DNA of 64,000 nucleotides. Source: a virus. Below, piece by piece: positions 55,831 through 64,000 of the stretch (the first letter of the stretch is position 1; each line of letters starts with the position of its first letter). The notes under the pieces were generated by a model, which made no database searches, was not told the DNA's origin, and saw nothing but the letters and a program-made list of their open reading frames with translations. The stretch spans positions 12,496 through 76,495 of IMG/VR virus record IMGVR_UViG_3300046092_000205. One strand, given 5' to 3'. A program made the position numbers and the translations under genes.

Positions 55831-57672
55831 TTAACAAATGAATGGCGTAAATGTTCCATAATCATCCTCCTCTGGCATTTTCAACATATCAAAGTAAATC
55901 TTCTTGCCCCAATTACCAAGAAGCAGCGCCGAATATAAATCTTTTCTACAGCGACTAGCTCCACGCTGCTGTTTTAAATTTCTAGGGAGATCAAATGTTT
56001 GGTTTCCATTCGGCGTAGAAGAAACTTCAATAAGAGCGCATTGAGTTTTGGTTAAATCAATAAGATCTTTAAGATTTTCTACAAAATCAACACTCGTAGC
56101 ATCCAGATCCTTAACTTCATTAAGAAATTTCAAAGATTTAATTGGAATATCAGCATTAATTTGTTTTGTAAAATCCGAATCAATGGCCGCGCCAGCAAAC
56201 ATTAAATCTTTTGTATCGAATGATCTCTGTAACAATTCGTTGGCAGACCTAATCCAATTAGATGATGGTTTTCTTAAAATGCAAATGCGCCTATCAGAAA
56301 GATTATAGGATTGGCGAATAGCTTTAATATCCTCATTATATTTTTCTGGATCTTCTACATCGACATCAATAGTTTTAATTTCTATTTTACTAGATTTAAA
56401 TAATTCATGCTCATTCGCCGCTTGAATAAACTGAGTGCCGCCCATAAAGTCGGCAACAATCATTTCAACATTAAAGTGAGTTAGTATATAATGAAAATAA
56501 ACAATATGATCTTTTAAAGCGCCGCCAGCAATAGCATAAGGATGAGTGACGACTCCTTTTTCATTGTCCTTATCAAGATTAATTAACTGCATACCAAAAT
56601 AGTCAGAAGCCTCTGAGCTACTCCAACTAGGATCGAGTGAAAGCACAAACGATTCACCCTTTCTGCCATTAACTTGAACACATGGCCCTTGCCCATCTTC
56701 GTATGTGCATGATTTCATTTTTGAAATCTTAAAGAATCCAGAAGAATCACCAACAAATACAGAACCAAACTCTCTAGCCATCTGAGATTCTGACATTTCA
56801 GATTTTGCCTTTTCCAATAAAGCTGGATCGTACAATTCTTTCGGAAGTGATTCGTATGACATATGAAATACAGAATAATGCGCGCTCTTATTTTTGCCGC
56901 TCTGAATAAAGTCAACATATTGAGAATACATTGCGTATAAATGCTCAAATTGATAACTGGCCGAAGACAATCCAATGATTTTATTATTCGGCCAAACCTT
57001 TCTATCCTCTTCTTTCATTGAACCTTCTGCGATAAGAATATCTTCTGCCTCTCTAATATTCTTTCTCTCCGTTGGATTCGTTACAACAGCAAGGAATGGA
57101 ACAATAATTTCATTAACAATTCTTGACGGCATCAAAAGAAGCTCGTCCATAACCATAACTTGGAAACGAAAGCCGCGCAGCTTTTCGCCTTGACCTAATG
57201 GAAGCGCCGTTACTCTGCTGCTACCAAATTCGATATTCCACTCATCATTTTGAAGAGAAACCCTAGTCATTGAATCATTAAGGAATTTAGCTTTTGGAGT
57301 TTTAGCTATATCCATGATTTTTTTCATAATCATTTTTGACTGACGAAAGCTTGCTGAAATAACTCCAATATGCACCCCTTGATTCAGGCAAGCATATAAC
57401 GCCAAAAAGACCGCCGTGGAAAAGGATTTAGATCCACCGCGAGATAATATAGCCATGAAGTAGTCGCTCTTTATCATCGCCTTAATCATCATTGATTGGA
57501 ATGGTAGTAGCTCAATACCCATGAGCATATCGACAGCAAACTGAGTATTTTCTTTAAAGAAATCATAGAGCCAAAGCTGAGCGTCTTTCTCTTCAAGAAA
57601 TCCTTCTGCCTTAGCTAAACGTTCGTTTACGTTTTCTTTATTAAGTGAGCGTTGCGCCCCTGCTTCCCACAT
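55831..57672 (-). CDS. terL: terminase large subunit
   Basis: LLPFQ, Walker A SRGGSKS, LRGFR, Walker B VMDE, LSSA, REFGSVF, nuclease LSLDP...SD, KDLYSAL. Confidence 0.9.
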   Translation of the reverse strand: MWEAGAQRSLNKENVNERLAKAEGFLEEKDAQLWLYDFFKENTQFAVDMLMGIELLPFQSMMIKAMIKSDYFMAILSRGGSKSFSTAVFLALYACLNQGVHIGVISASFRQSKMIMKKIMDIAKTPKAKFLNDSMTRVSLQNDEWNIEFGSSRVTALPLGQGEKLRGFRFQVMVMDELLLMPSRIVNEIIVPFLAVVTNPTERKNIREAEDILIAEGSMKEEDRKVWPNNKIIGLSSASYQFEHLYAMYSQYVDFIQSGKNKSAHYSVFHMSYESLPKELYDPALLEKAKSEMSESQMAREFGSVFVGDSSGFFKISKMKSCTYEDGQGPCVQVNGRKGESFVLSLDPSWSSSEASDYFGMQLINLDKDNEKGVVTHPYAIAGGALKDHIVYFHYILTHFNVEMIVADFMGGTQFIQAANEHELFKSSKIEIKTIDVDVEDPEKYNEDIKAIRQSYNLSDRRICILRKPSSNWIRSANELLQRSFDTKDLMFAGAAIDSDFTKQINADIPIKSLKFLNEVKDLDATSVDFVENLKDLIDLTKTQCALIEVSSTPNGNQTFDLPRNLKQQRGASRCRKDLYSALLLGNWGKKIYFDMLKMPEEDDYGTFTPFIC

Positions 57673-58494
57673 TTAATTAGAATCCCTCCATAGTTTATGA
57701 TTGATGATATTAGATATTGTTGATTGGTTCACATTATAAATCGCCGCCAAAGACGCTTGGCTTTCTCCAAGATTGTATTTTTCGCGAACGACCCGAACAT
57801 CATCCTTGGTTAATTTTGAATTTCCATGTTTTTCGCCGCATATAAGCGAGTTTTTCTTTCCGAAAAGAGGATTGAGAGCGCCCTTTTGTGGGCCTTTAAT
57901 CATGTGAGAAGAAACATCCTCAAAGATACCCATTTTAATAGATGCCTTATACGCACCTTCTTCAAGTCTCGCCCAATCAGACTGTTTTTTGAATTTTAAT
58001 GATGACTTTCTAATTTCACTTTCAGTCCATTTTCTTATAGAGCCTCCCAATGCCCCTAAATTAGATTCGTCATTCAATAAACTCCACTTATTGAGCTTAT
58101 AAAATTCGGCCCAAAAACGCTCCTTTTCTTGTGTCTCATGCGGATAAATGGTTTTATGCTCCAAAATTTTAAACTTGAAGGAAATATTTCTCGACAACTT
58201 ATTAAATACTGGCCCGTCCATCATATGGCGACTAAATCTTTGAGCAATATCTACTGTTAACCCAATATAACATGAGTTGTCGTCAAACTCAAAGACATAA
58301 ATTATTCCGCCAGATACATATCCACTGCGTAATTTTTCCATATGCTCTCTGCATTCGTTTAAGAAATTTAATTTTCGCGCAGCTTCATAAGCGCCGCTAC
58401 ACTCCTTCCTCCATAAACTATTATACTTAAACTCCCTAGCGCTTTTTAGGATATTTTCCTTTGTCCAGTGATTTTTGGGTTTTTTATTTTTCAT
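57673..58494 (-). CDS. free-standing GIY-YIG homing endonuclease abutting terL
   Basis: IIYVFEF...YIGLT...RF.RH, E..W, LLN; WT..I..SA..F repeats; GEKHGNSKLT + HTH. Confidence 0.8.
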   Translation of the reverse strand: MKNKKPKNHWTKENILKSAREFKYNSLWRKECSGAYEAARKLNFLNECREHMEKLRSGYVSGGIIYVFEFDDNSCYIGLTVDIAQRFSRHMMDGPVFNKLSRNISFKFKILEHKTIYPHETQEKERFWAEFYKLNKWSLLNDESNLGALGGSIRKWTESEIRKSSLKFKKQSDWARLEEGAYKASIKMGIFEDVSSHMIKGPQKGALNPLFGKKNSLICGEKHGNSKLTKDDVRVVREKYNLGESQASLAAIYNVNQSTISNIINHKLWRDSN

Positions 58495-58496
58495 TG

Positions 58497-59417
58497 TTAA
58501 AAATCAGTATTTGTTAGTTGTTTAAGCCAGTAGTTAATATCAACATTCCAGCACTTTTTGCCCAAGCACAATAACTTAGGAATAATTATTTGACTTTGTT
58601 CGCGCCCACCCGAAAAAACAAATTGGACACTTCCACGAAAATCCGCTTGAATTTTTCGCATCTGATGAGATATGTAGGAGAACTTATGTTTATGGTAAGA
58701 ATCAACTTCTTCAACGCCTTCAAGTGGAGCCTCCACAACCACCCATAAAAAACAATCTTGTTTTTTGCATCTCTGAATTTCTCGGCAAAAACGTTCGTAA
58801 TTATCGCCAGTTAAGGTACTCGCCCAATCATCAAGGGATTTTCTATCAACAAAAGTATTGCAGAAATCTTCTCCACTAACAGAATAATCTCCTGTATCAA
58901 GTTTTAAACATTCGCTATTCTTAAATTGAAGTGGATTTTGTTCGCGAGAATCAATAAATATTTTTTTACGCGAGAAATCATTTTTCCATTCATCGGGTAG
59001 TTTACCCGTAAACGCGGGATCAACGCCACAAGACTTTGTTGCTGCCGAATATGATCCAAAGCACTTTTTATATTCAGAAATTGGGGGTAAGCGTGCAAAA
59101 TACAATTCAACTTCAGATGGGGCTACGGCAAGTGATTTTGTATTTACTCTTTTTTCCAACATATCAAGAATGATGGGAGCTTTCCTATCAATTGGCGTTG
59201 TTTCCAACCATAAAAGTAAATTTTGCCGCTTCGTAAAATAAGTTGAAAAATACTCTTCCTTATCCTTGAATCCAATTTGCACCCCAGTAAACAAATCACG
59301 CCTTGGAAAATGCTTACAGTAATACTCAGGAACACTAATTTTGTGAGCCTTAAAATGAGCGTGTAAACTTCGCTCTGACGAAAAACTTTCGCCGCACTCT
59401 AAGCATTCAAATGACAT
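58497..59417 (-). CDS. C2H2 zinc finger + ERCC4 (XPF/Mus81-like) nuclease
   Basis: FECLECGESFSSERSLHAHFKAH; IDSREQ, LDTGDYS, VDRKSLDD, RF.REI.R, VVVE. Confidence 0.85.
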   Translation of the reverse strand: MSFECLECGESFSSERSLHAHFKAHKISVPEYYCKHFPRRDLFTGVQIGFKDKEEYFSTYFTKRQNLLLWLETTPIDRKAPIILDMLEKRVNTKSLAVAPSEVELYFARLPPISEYKKCFGSYSAATKSCGVDPAFTGKLPDEWKNDFSRKKIFIDSREQNPLQFKNSECLKLDTGDYSVSGEDFCNTFVDRKSLDDWASTLTGDNYERFCREIQRCKKQDCFLWVVVEAPLEGVEEVDSYHKHKFSYISHQMRKIQADFRGSVQFVFSGGREQSQIIIPKLLCLGKKCWNVDINYWLKQLTNTDF

Positions 59418-60468
59418 CTTCTTTATCAACTCCCATAATTCTGCACCTTAGCTCATCCATGGATTCAAGTCGATTAGCCTCATGAGAAATTGCGGCCCTT
59501 TGAAGCTCAGCAAGTCTAAGCATGTTTTTACGTTCAACTTCCTCTTGAGCCAATTGCACAACGGCGATAAAAGAAGTGTCGCTCTTACCTTGGTTCTTTA
59601 GCCTCTCACCACGATCACCCTGTAATTTTTTAGTTGTGTCCGCAATTCTCTTAGTGACTTGATTTTTTTCATCGACACAAGCTTTTAAATTTTCAGAAAA
59701 TCTCTGATTTAATTCACTAGCCTCTTCAATGTCCATGAACATTTGGTTCATTTTATTAATCTTGCCCTCAAGAACCTCTAGAGAGATTCCATCGCGAACA
59801 ATTTGCATGTAAAGATTTAATTCGTCTGGTGTTAAATCAGGCTTCTCAAAAGTTAACCTCACAAATTCATCAACAAACAAGTCGCGATCTTTTTTTGACT
59901 CGTATGCGTTCAGAATTCGTTTTAATTTAGAGTTGTCTAAATTTACTCGCAATTTATCAAAATAAGCTTTATACTTTCCTGAAATTTTATCCGCCTGAAT
60001 AATTGTTCCAAGCGCGCCGTTAACAATGTTCACTAGTCTAGCCAACTCTCTAGGCGCTTGATAAACACCCAACGCAACTTCGTCCTCCTCATTTATAGAA
60101 GTGATGCCAGCGACCTCACAATACGCCTGAACGCGTCTCCATTCAGCCGATAGGCGTTTGATATTATCATCCTTGTAAATAATTCGCGCTACGTTGATAA
60201 TGTTTTCACCGTTCTGAATTGCAGAAATGATATACTGCTTATCATCATCAGTTAATTCACGCACTGGTTCCCGTTTTTGAAACTTCGTCGTTTTATAATT
60301 TAATTTTTGATCAACAAGCAGTGCCGCTACAAGTTTTCCCTGCCAAGAGCGGCCATCTAAATTTTTATTACCGAAAGCACTTTGCGTTAGGTACTCAATA
60401 TTCGGATGTTCCTTGAACTCTTCAAGGATTTGTTTTTTTTGCTCAGGTGATAGTTCTTGTTTTGCCAT
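59407..60468 (-). CDS. hypothetical protein (HTH and coiled coil; possible terminase small subunit)
   Basis: LDGRS..G, ELT...KQYI, KPDLT.DE.N.Y; position in packaging operon. Confidence 0.55.
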   Translation of the reverse strand: MAKQELSPEQKKQILEEFKEHPNIEYLTQSAFGNKNLDGRSWQGKLVAALLVDQKLNYKTTKFQKREPVRELTDDDKQYIISAIQNGENIINVARIIYKDDNIKRLSAEWRRVQAYCEVAGITSINEEDEVALGVYQAPRELARLVNIVNGALGTIIQADKISGKYKAYFDKLRVNLDNSKLKRILNAYESKKDRDLFVDEFVRLTFEKPDLTPDELNLYMQIVRDGISLEVLEGKINKMNQMFMDIEEASELNQRFSENLKACVDEKNQVTKRIADTTKKLQGDRGERLKNQGKSDTSFIAVVQLAQEEVERKNMLRLAELQRAAISHEANRLESMDELRCRIMGVDKEDVI

Positions 60469-60469
60469 A

Positions 60470-61150
60470 TTATCGCCACATTTCAGGAATATCTGATTCT
60501 CTAAGAATTACTTTTACTTTATTAAAAAGCGTTAATTTAAATTCAGTCATTTGCTTCGCAACACTATTGAGAGGTTTTGGTTTAAAACCTAAATACAAGG
60601 CGACTTCCTTATCATCTTTATGCTCAAAGTTCAGCATGAAATAAGCCGTCATAGTTTTGCTGTCTAAATATTTAATAAGTTCCTCAGACAGTTTTTGTAT
60701 CGCGAAGTCGTAATTAACTTCGTCGCTTGGCATATTATTCACTTCCGCCGCATGATTTTCTAATTCAAGAGGCATCTTAATATCGTAACCATTTTTTTTA
60801 GACTCTACCCATTTTGCATAAAGGGGACATTCAGAACACTGTTCGTGATTTTTAGTAACAGCACAATGATTTCCTTCTAAATTGTGAGGGCATTTAATGC
60901 ATGGACGCGCATAATTCGTATAGTGGTTACGTAACTTATTACGAATTTGATTGTGGCAAACTTGAGCGACCCATCCGCCTAATGGTCTAGTTTGGTCATA
61001 CAAATGCCACTTTTTCCAAATATGAGTAATAACTTCTGCCGAGACATCTTCGTAATCCATCCAATGAAGAATGTCTAGTCGCCATTTTGTATGATATTTT
61101 TTAACAACATCAATAATTTCTTGATAATTCTCTTCGAAGGTGGACGGCAT
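60470..61150 (-). CDS. sigma-70/ECF-like sigma factor with Cys-rich insert
   Basis: DYEDV..E...HIWKKWHLYD..RPL..W....C.NQIRN (region 2), CIKC...C...CSEC, EVALYLG HTH. Confidence 0.75.
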   Translation of the reverse strand: MPSTFEENYQEIIDVVKKYHTKWRLDILHWMDYEDVSAEVITHIWKKWHLYDQTRPLGGWVAQVCHNQIRNKLRNHYTNYARPCIKCPHNLEGNHCAVTKNHEQCSECPLYAKWVESKKNGYDIKMPLELENHAAEVNNMPSDEVNYDFAIQKLSEELIKYLDSKTMTAYFMLNFEHKDDKEVALYLGFKPKPLNSVAKQMTEFKLTLFNKVKVILRESDIPEMWR

Positions 61151-61204
61151 TATTATAACGTGAGTAGGTTTTTATTGTTAAAAACAGCATTCATAGCAGC
61201 GCAA

Positions 61205-61504
61205 TCACCTGCGTGGCTTAATGAAAGATGTTGGCGTAAAACCTTTTTCTCCAAAAGTAAAAGAACTGAATCCAAAAGAATCTTCCATTTCAATTTTAGC
61301 CTTCAATGAGGAAATATTTGGCAACTCAAAAACATCAGAGCCATCCTCATCATCTTCATCAATATCAGAGGCTCTAGCGGTCTTTTGTTTTGATAAATTT
61401 TTTCCAGCCATAAAAATATCTAATGAATTTCCACAGGAAGAGCAAAATTTAGCAGCAATCGACGTAGCTTTTGTGCCGCATTCGGGGCAGAATTTAGGTG
61501 TCAT
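61205..61504 (-). CDS. zinc-ribbon protein
   Basis: FCPECG...FCSSCG, acidic tail; GTGTAA at 61545-61550. Confidence 0.75.
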   Translation of the reverse strand: MTPKFCPECGTKATSIAAKFCSSCGNSLDIFMAGKNLSKQKTARASDIDEDDEDGSDVFELPNISSLKAKIEMEDSFGFSSFTFGEKGFTPTSFIKPRR

Positions 61505-61550
61505 ATACAATAATAAGCGTTTTTCATAAAACGCCTAGAATTAGTTACAC

Positions 61551-62219
61551 TTAAACAGATACTACTGTTCCGACGTAAGATAGAACTTGTCCTTTGTCGT
61601 CTACGATTGGACATGCAGAAATTTTTAATTTTATAACTTGATGATTAACATTAATAAATTCCACTTCGTCTTCAAACTCGCATCCATCTTGAAAAGCCGT
61701 CTGCCACACTTCGTTGTAGCGCCGTAACTCTTCTGTTTTGATAAACTTTTTCCAACCTAAGCCAAGAAGTTCGCTTGTTCCGCATCCTAAATATCTAGCG
61801 AAGGTTCGATTAACCCATTTATTACTGCCAGAATCGCTGCATCTGAAGTATCCATTCTCAGAATCCAATAGCAAAGCATTTTGCGCATATTCCTGCTCTA
61901 TAATGCGATTTTCAATGCGCCGAATAGCGTCTAATGTTGAAGAGCCTCCATTGTAAGTTAATTCTTTTTTAATGAATTTAGTTAGGTCATTTAAAGTTTT
62001 CTCCACGGCGTCCATGCGTCCGCGAGCCGCGATAGCTTCCTCATTTAATCGGAACGGCATTTTGAAAAGAGCTATTAGCCAATGAAATGGTTTCCATAGG
62101 AGTTTAATAACTCTTGTGCTAAATTCTATGACATCCTTATATTTAAAAATAAGAAGAAAAAATCCGCCAATTCCAGAAATAATTTCTACAAAATGCTGTG
62201 CTATCGTCTGCTGGTCCAT
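61551..62219 (-). CDS. membrane-anchored PAS domain protein
   Basis: N-terminal hydrophobic helix, ELTYNGGSS.LD.I.RIE, PAS D.SG...WVN..F....G....ELLG.GW..FI. Confidence 0.8.
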   Translation of the reverse strand: MDQQTIAQHFVEIISGIGGFFLLIFKYKDVIEFSTRVIKLLWKPFHWLIALFKMPFRLNEEAIAARGRMDAVEKTLNDLTKFIKKELTYNGGSSTLDAIRRIENRIIEQEYAQNALLLDSENGYFRCSDSGSNKWVNRTFARYLGCGTSELLGLGWKKFIKTEELRRYNEVWQTAFQDGCEFEDEVEFINVNHQVIKLKISACPIVDDKGQVLSYVGTVVSV

Positions 62220-62276
62220 ATAGATATGTTACAACCAAACGACAAACAAAACAATTGATTATGGAAATTATAAACT

Positions 62277-63020
62277 TTATTTGATAACGCCAAGTTTCTC
62301 AAGAACAAACCTGACAAATCCGCTTCTCACGATGTCGGTTTTTTCATGGAGTTCATAACAGAATACTCCATTGTTCCTAGATTCTTCGTCATTAAAAATA
62401 TCAAATAATTTACGGAAACCAGCTTTCGAGCCAATATCATTTTGATTGTGGGAATCCCCAACTAAAAATATCTTTGTAAATTCGCCGCATCGCGTCAATA
62501 AAAGCGTCAAATCATCAGCGCTCATAGATGATGCCTCATCAACAATGAGAGCCTTGCAATTCCAAGATTTACCACGGCAAAAGCCGAGAGGAATAGCATC
62601 AACCCTTACTTCATTCTTAAGTAATTCAATTTCACTAGGGGGCAGAAGTTCATCCAGCTTATCATATACAATAGATGCATACGGGGACATTTTTTCCGAA
62701 AGTTCGCCCTTGAGGAAGCCAAGCTTTCCAGTTGTCGAGCTTTCTACTGGATTACGAATATAAATAATTTGATCGACTTTGCCCTGACTAAGCAATTTCA
62801 AAGATGCGAGAACCGCCAAAAAAGTTTTGCCCGATCCATAAATTCCATCAATCCAAACTCCTTTTGTATTTTTATCCAAAGAGGTTTTGAGAATAGCAAT
62901 TTGTTTCTCTGTTAAATCATCCCTCTCTCTAATGTGTAGGTCGTATGAGATTTTTTCCCGTTGAAAAACCTTTAGAGATTTGTCAGCGGCCTTTTTTTTG
63001 GGCGTAGGGGATTTAGCCAT
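62277..63020 (-). CDS. phoH: PhoH-like ATPase
   Basis: GIYGSGKTF, LGFLKG, RG.SW, IVDEA, LTR.G, GD..QND, DIVRS. Confidence 0.92.
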   Translation of the reverse strand: MAKSPTPKKKAADKSLKVFQREKISYDLHIRERDDLTEKQIAILKTSLDKNTKGVWIDGIYGSGKTFLAVLASLKLLSQGKVDQIIYIRNPVESSTTGKLGFLKGELSEKMSPYASIVYDKLDELLPPSEIELLKNEVRVDAIPLGFCRGKSWNCKALIVDEASSMSADDLTLLLTRCGEFTKIFLVGDSHNQNDIGSKAGFRKLFDIFNDEESRNNGVFCYELHEKTDIVRSGFVRFVLEKLGVIK

Positions 63021-63054
63021 GTTGTATTATAATAAACAGAAAAATTTAAAAACT

Positions 63055-63945
63055 TTAATAAATATTCTCTAAAATTTGAACTGAGCCGTCAATTGTTTTG
63101 GAGATTTGTGCCGACAGATTCTGGGATGACACTTTGCCAGTAATATCGAATCGAATTCGGTAATCATTAGCTGCGTTAAATGTTGGGTCCATTAATTTAC
63201 CAAACTCCGCGAGCTTTAAATTTAAAATGGCGCTTTTACCAGAGAAGTCAATGATTTTGCCAACGTTTTCTCCATTGATTGACGTTTGCCTAGTAACATT
63301 ATTCAGAAGAACAGTTCTTGGGTATACTGAGCCAACTTCATAAATTGGAACTCTAGAGCAGTTTGTCTGGATAGAAATCTCTGTTTTGCTTTCTGGCAGG
63401 GAAACTGATTGCCCAGTCACGGATGAGGCCAAAGCGTGGAGAGCGGAAAAAGATGTGCCAGTAGATGAATTAAGAGTAAAGCTGCCCCCATTGACAAGCC
63501 CAGTATAAGAAACATTTTCAACACCGCTTTCGTTGTAGCAAGAAAAATTTGCATTTGCTCTTATTGGTTGATTTGGGTTAATGGACAGAGTTAATGAGTC
63601 AAGGTAGCATTGCCGAAAAAGAAAATTACCAAACCTGATAGAACAAGAAGAATCGCCCGTTAAATTAAAAATCCCAGTTGATGCGGCGGAAATTCCATTC
63701 AAAGTATTCGGCCCCACTAGTGGAATATACGAAAATGCCAATTTAGTAGCTTTTGCCGCATTAACATGAAAGTCATCAGATATAGCATCTTTACCAATAT
63801 ACTTTGCTGGCTCCAAAGAGGCATCGAAAGTTAATTCACAATTACTAGCCGCAATTAAATTACTCAGGGAAACGCCAGTTTCTGGAACCCCATCATTTGG
63901 AGAAACAAAAAGAGGAGAGTCTGTGTATGAAATAAATTTCGCCAT
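63055..63945 (-). CDS. tail-tube-paralog structural protein
   Basis: YLDSLTLSINPNQP, SRVPIYEVGSVYP resemble the 48118/35549 proteins; GTGTAA at 63985-63990. Confidence 0.6.
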   Translation of the reverse strand: MAKFISYTDSPLFVSPNDGVPETGVSLSNLIAASNCELTFDASLEPAKYIGKDAISDDFHVNAAKATKLAFSYIPLVGPNTLNGISAASTGIFNLTGDSSCSIRFGNFLFRQCYLDSLTLSINPNQPIRANANFSCYNESGVENVSYTGLVNGGSFTLNSSTGTSFSALHALASSVTGQSVSLPESKTEISIQTNCSRVPIYEVGSVYPRTVLLNNVTRQTSINGENVGKIIDFSGKSAILNLKLAEFGKLMDPTFNAANDYRIRFDITGKVSSQNLSAQISKTIDGSVQILENIY

Positions 63946-64000
63946 AATAATCCTTGACCGAAAGAATAAACCTTCTATATTGAATTACACAGCTATGGAC

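Noticed and set aside
1-64000. Stop-codon reassignment, tRNA genes or group I introns
   Set aside because: Genes tile densely in the standard code using all three stops; no cloverleaf or intron core was recognised in the short intergenic gaps (not verified computationally)

Overview
This 64 kb window is part of a large, AT-rich tailed dsDNA bacteriophage genome in standard genetic code. I saw no rRNA, tRNA, CRISPR array, integrase or reverse transcriptase. Layout: (1) 1-5.4 kb, nucleotide-sugar and methyltransferase cluster (epimerase-cupin, NDP-hexose C-methyltransferase, two SAM methyltransferases, GDP-mannose 4,6-dehydratase). (2) 5.6-21.7 kb, + strand replication and host-takeover block: RecA-like, DnaB, primase, PD-(D/E)xK nuclease, DnaQ, Mom-like enzyme, a Clp ATPase and a pseudokinase. 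Its DnaE-type polymerase is broken into three genes: a free PHP domain plus two halves joined by a naturally split intein flanking a free-standing endonuclease. (3) 21.7-49.3 kb, tail, fibre and adhesin genes, tape measure and tail tube. (4) 49.4-64 kb, minus-strand head/packaging block (capsid, protease-scaffold, portal, terminase) plus a C2H2-ERCC4 nuclease, sigma factor, membrane PAS protein and PhoH. The most notable unannotated signals are a structured non-coding RNA candidate with a 7-bp kissing loop (20500-20672); a GTGTAA late-promoter motif before many structural genes and two of the three homing endonucleases; a second small-RNA candidate (49332-49430); a trypsin-like protease domain inside a fibre; and Ser/Thr-Gly enrichment in virion proteins near sugar-modification genes. 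All protein calls come from motif recognition by eye, not database searches.
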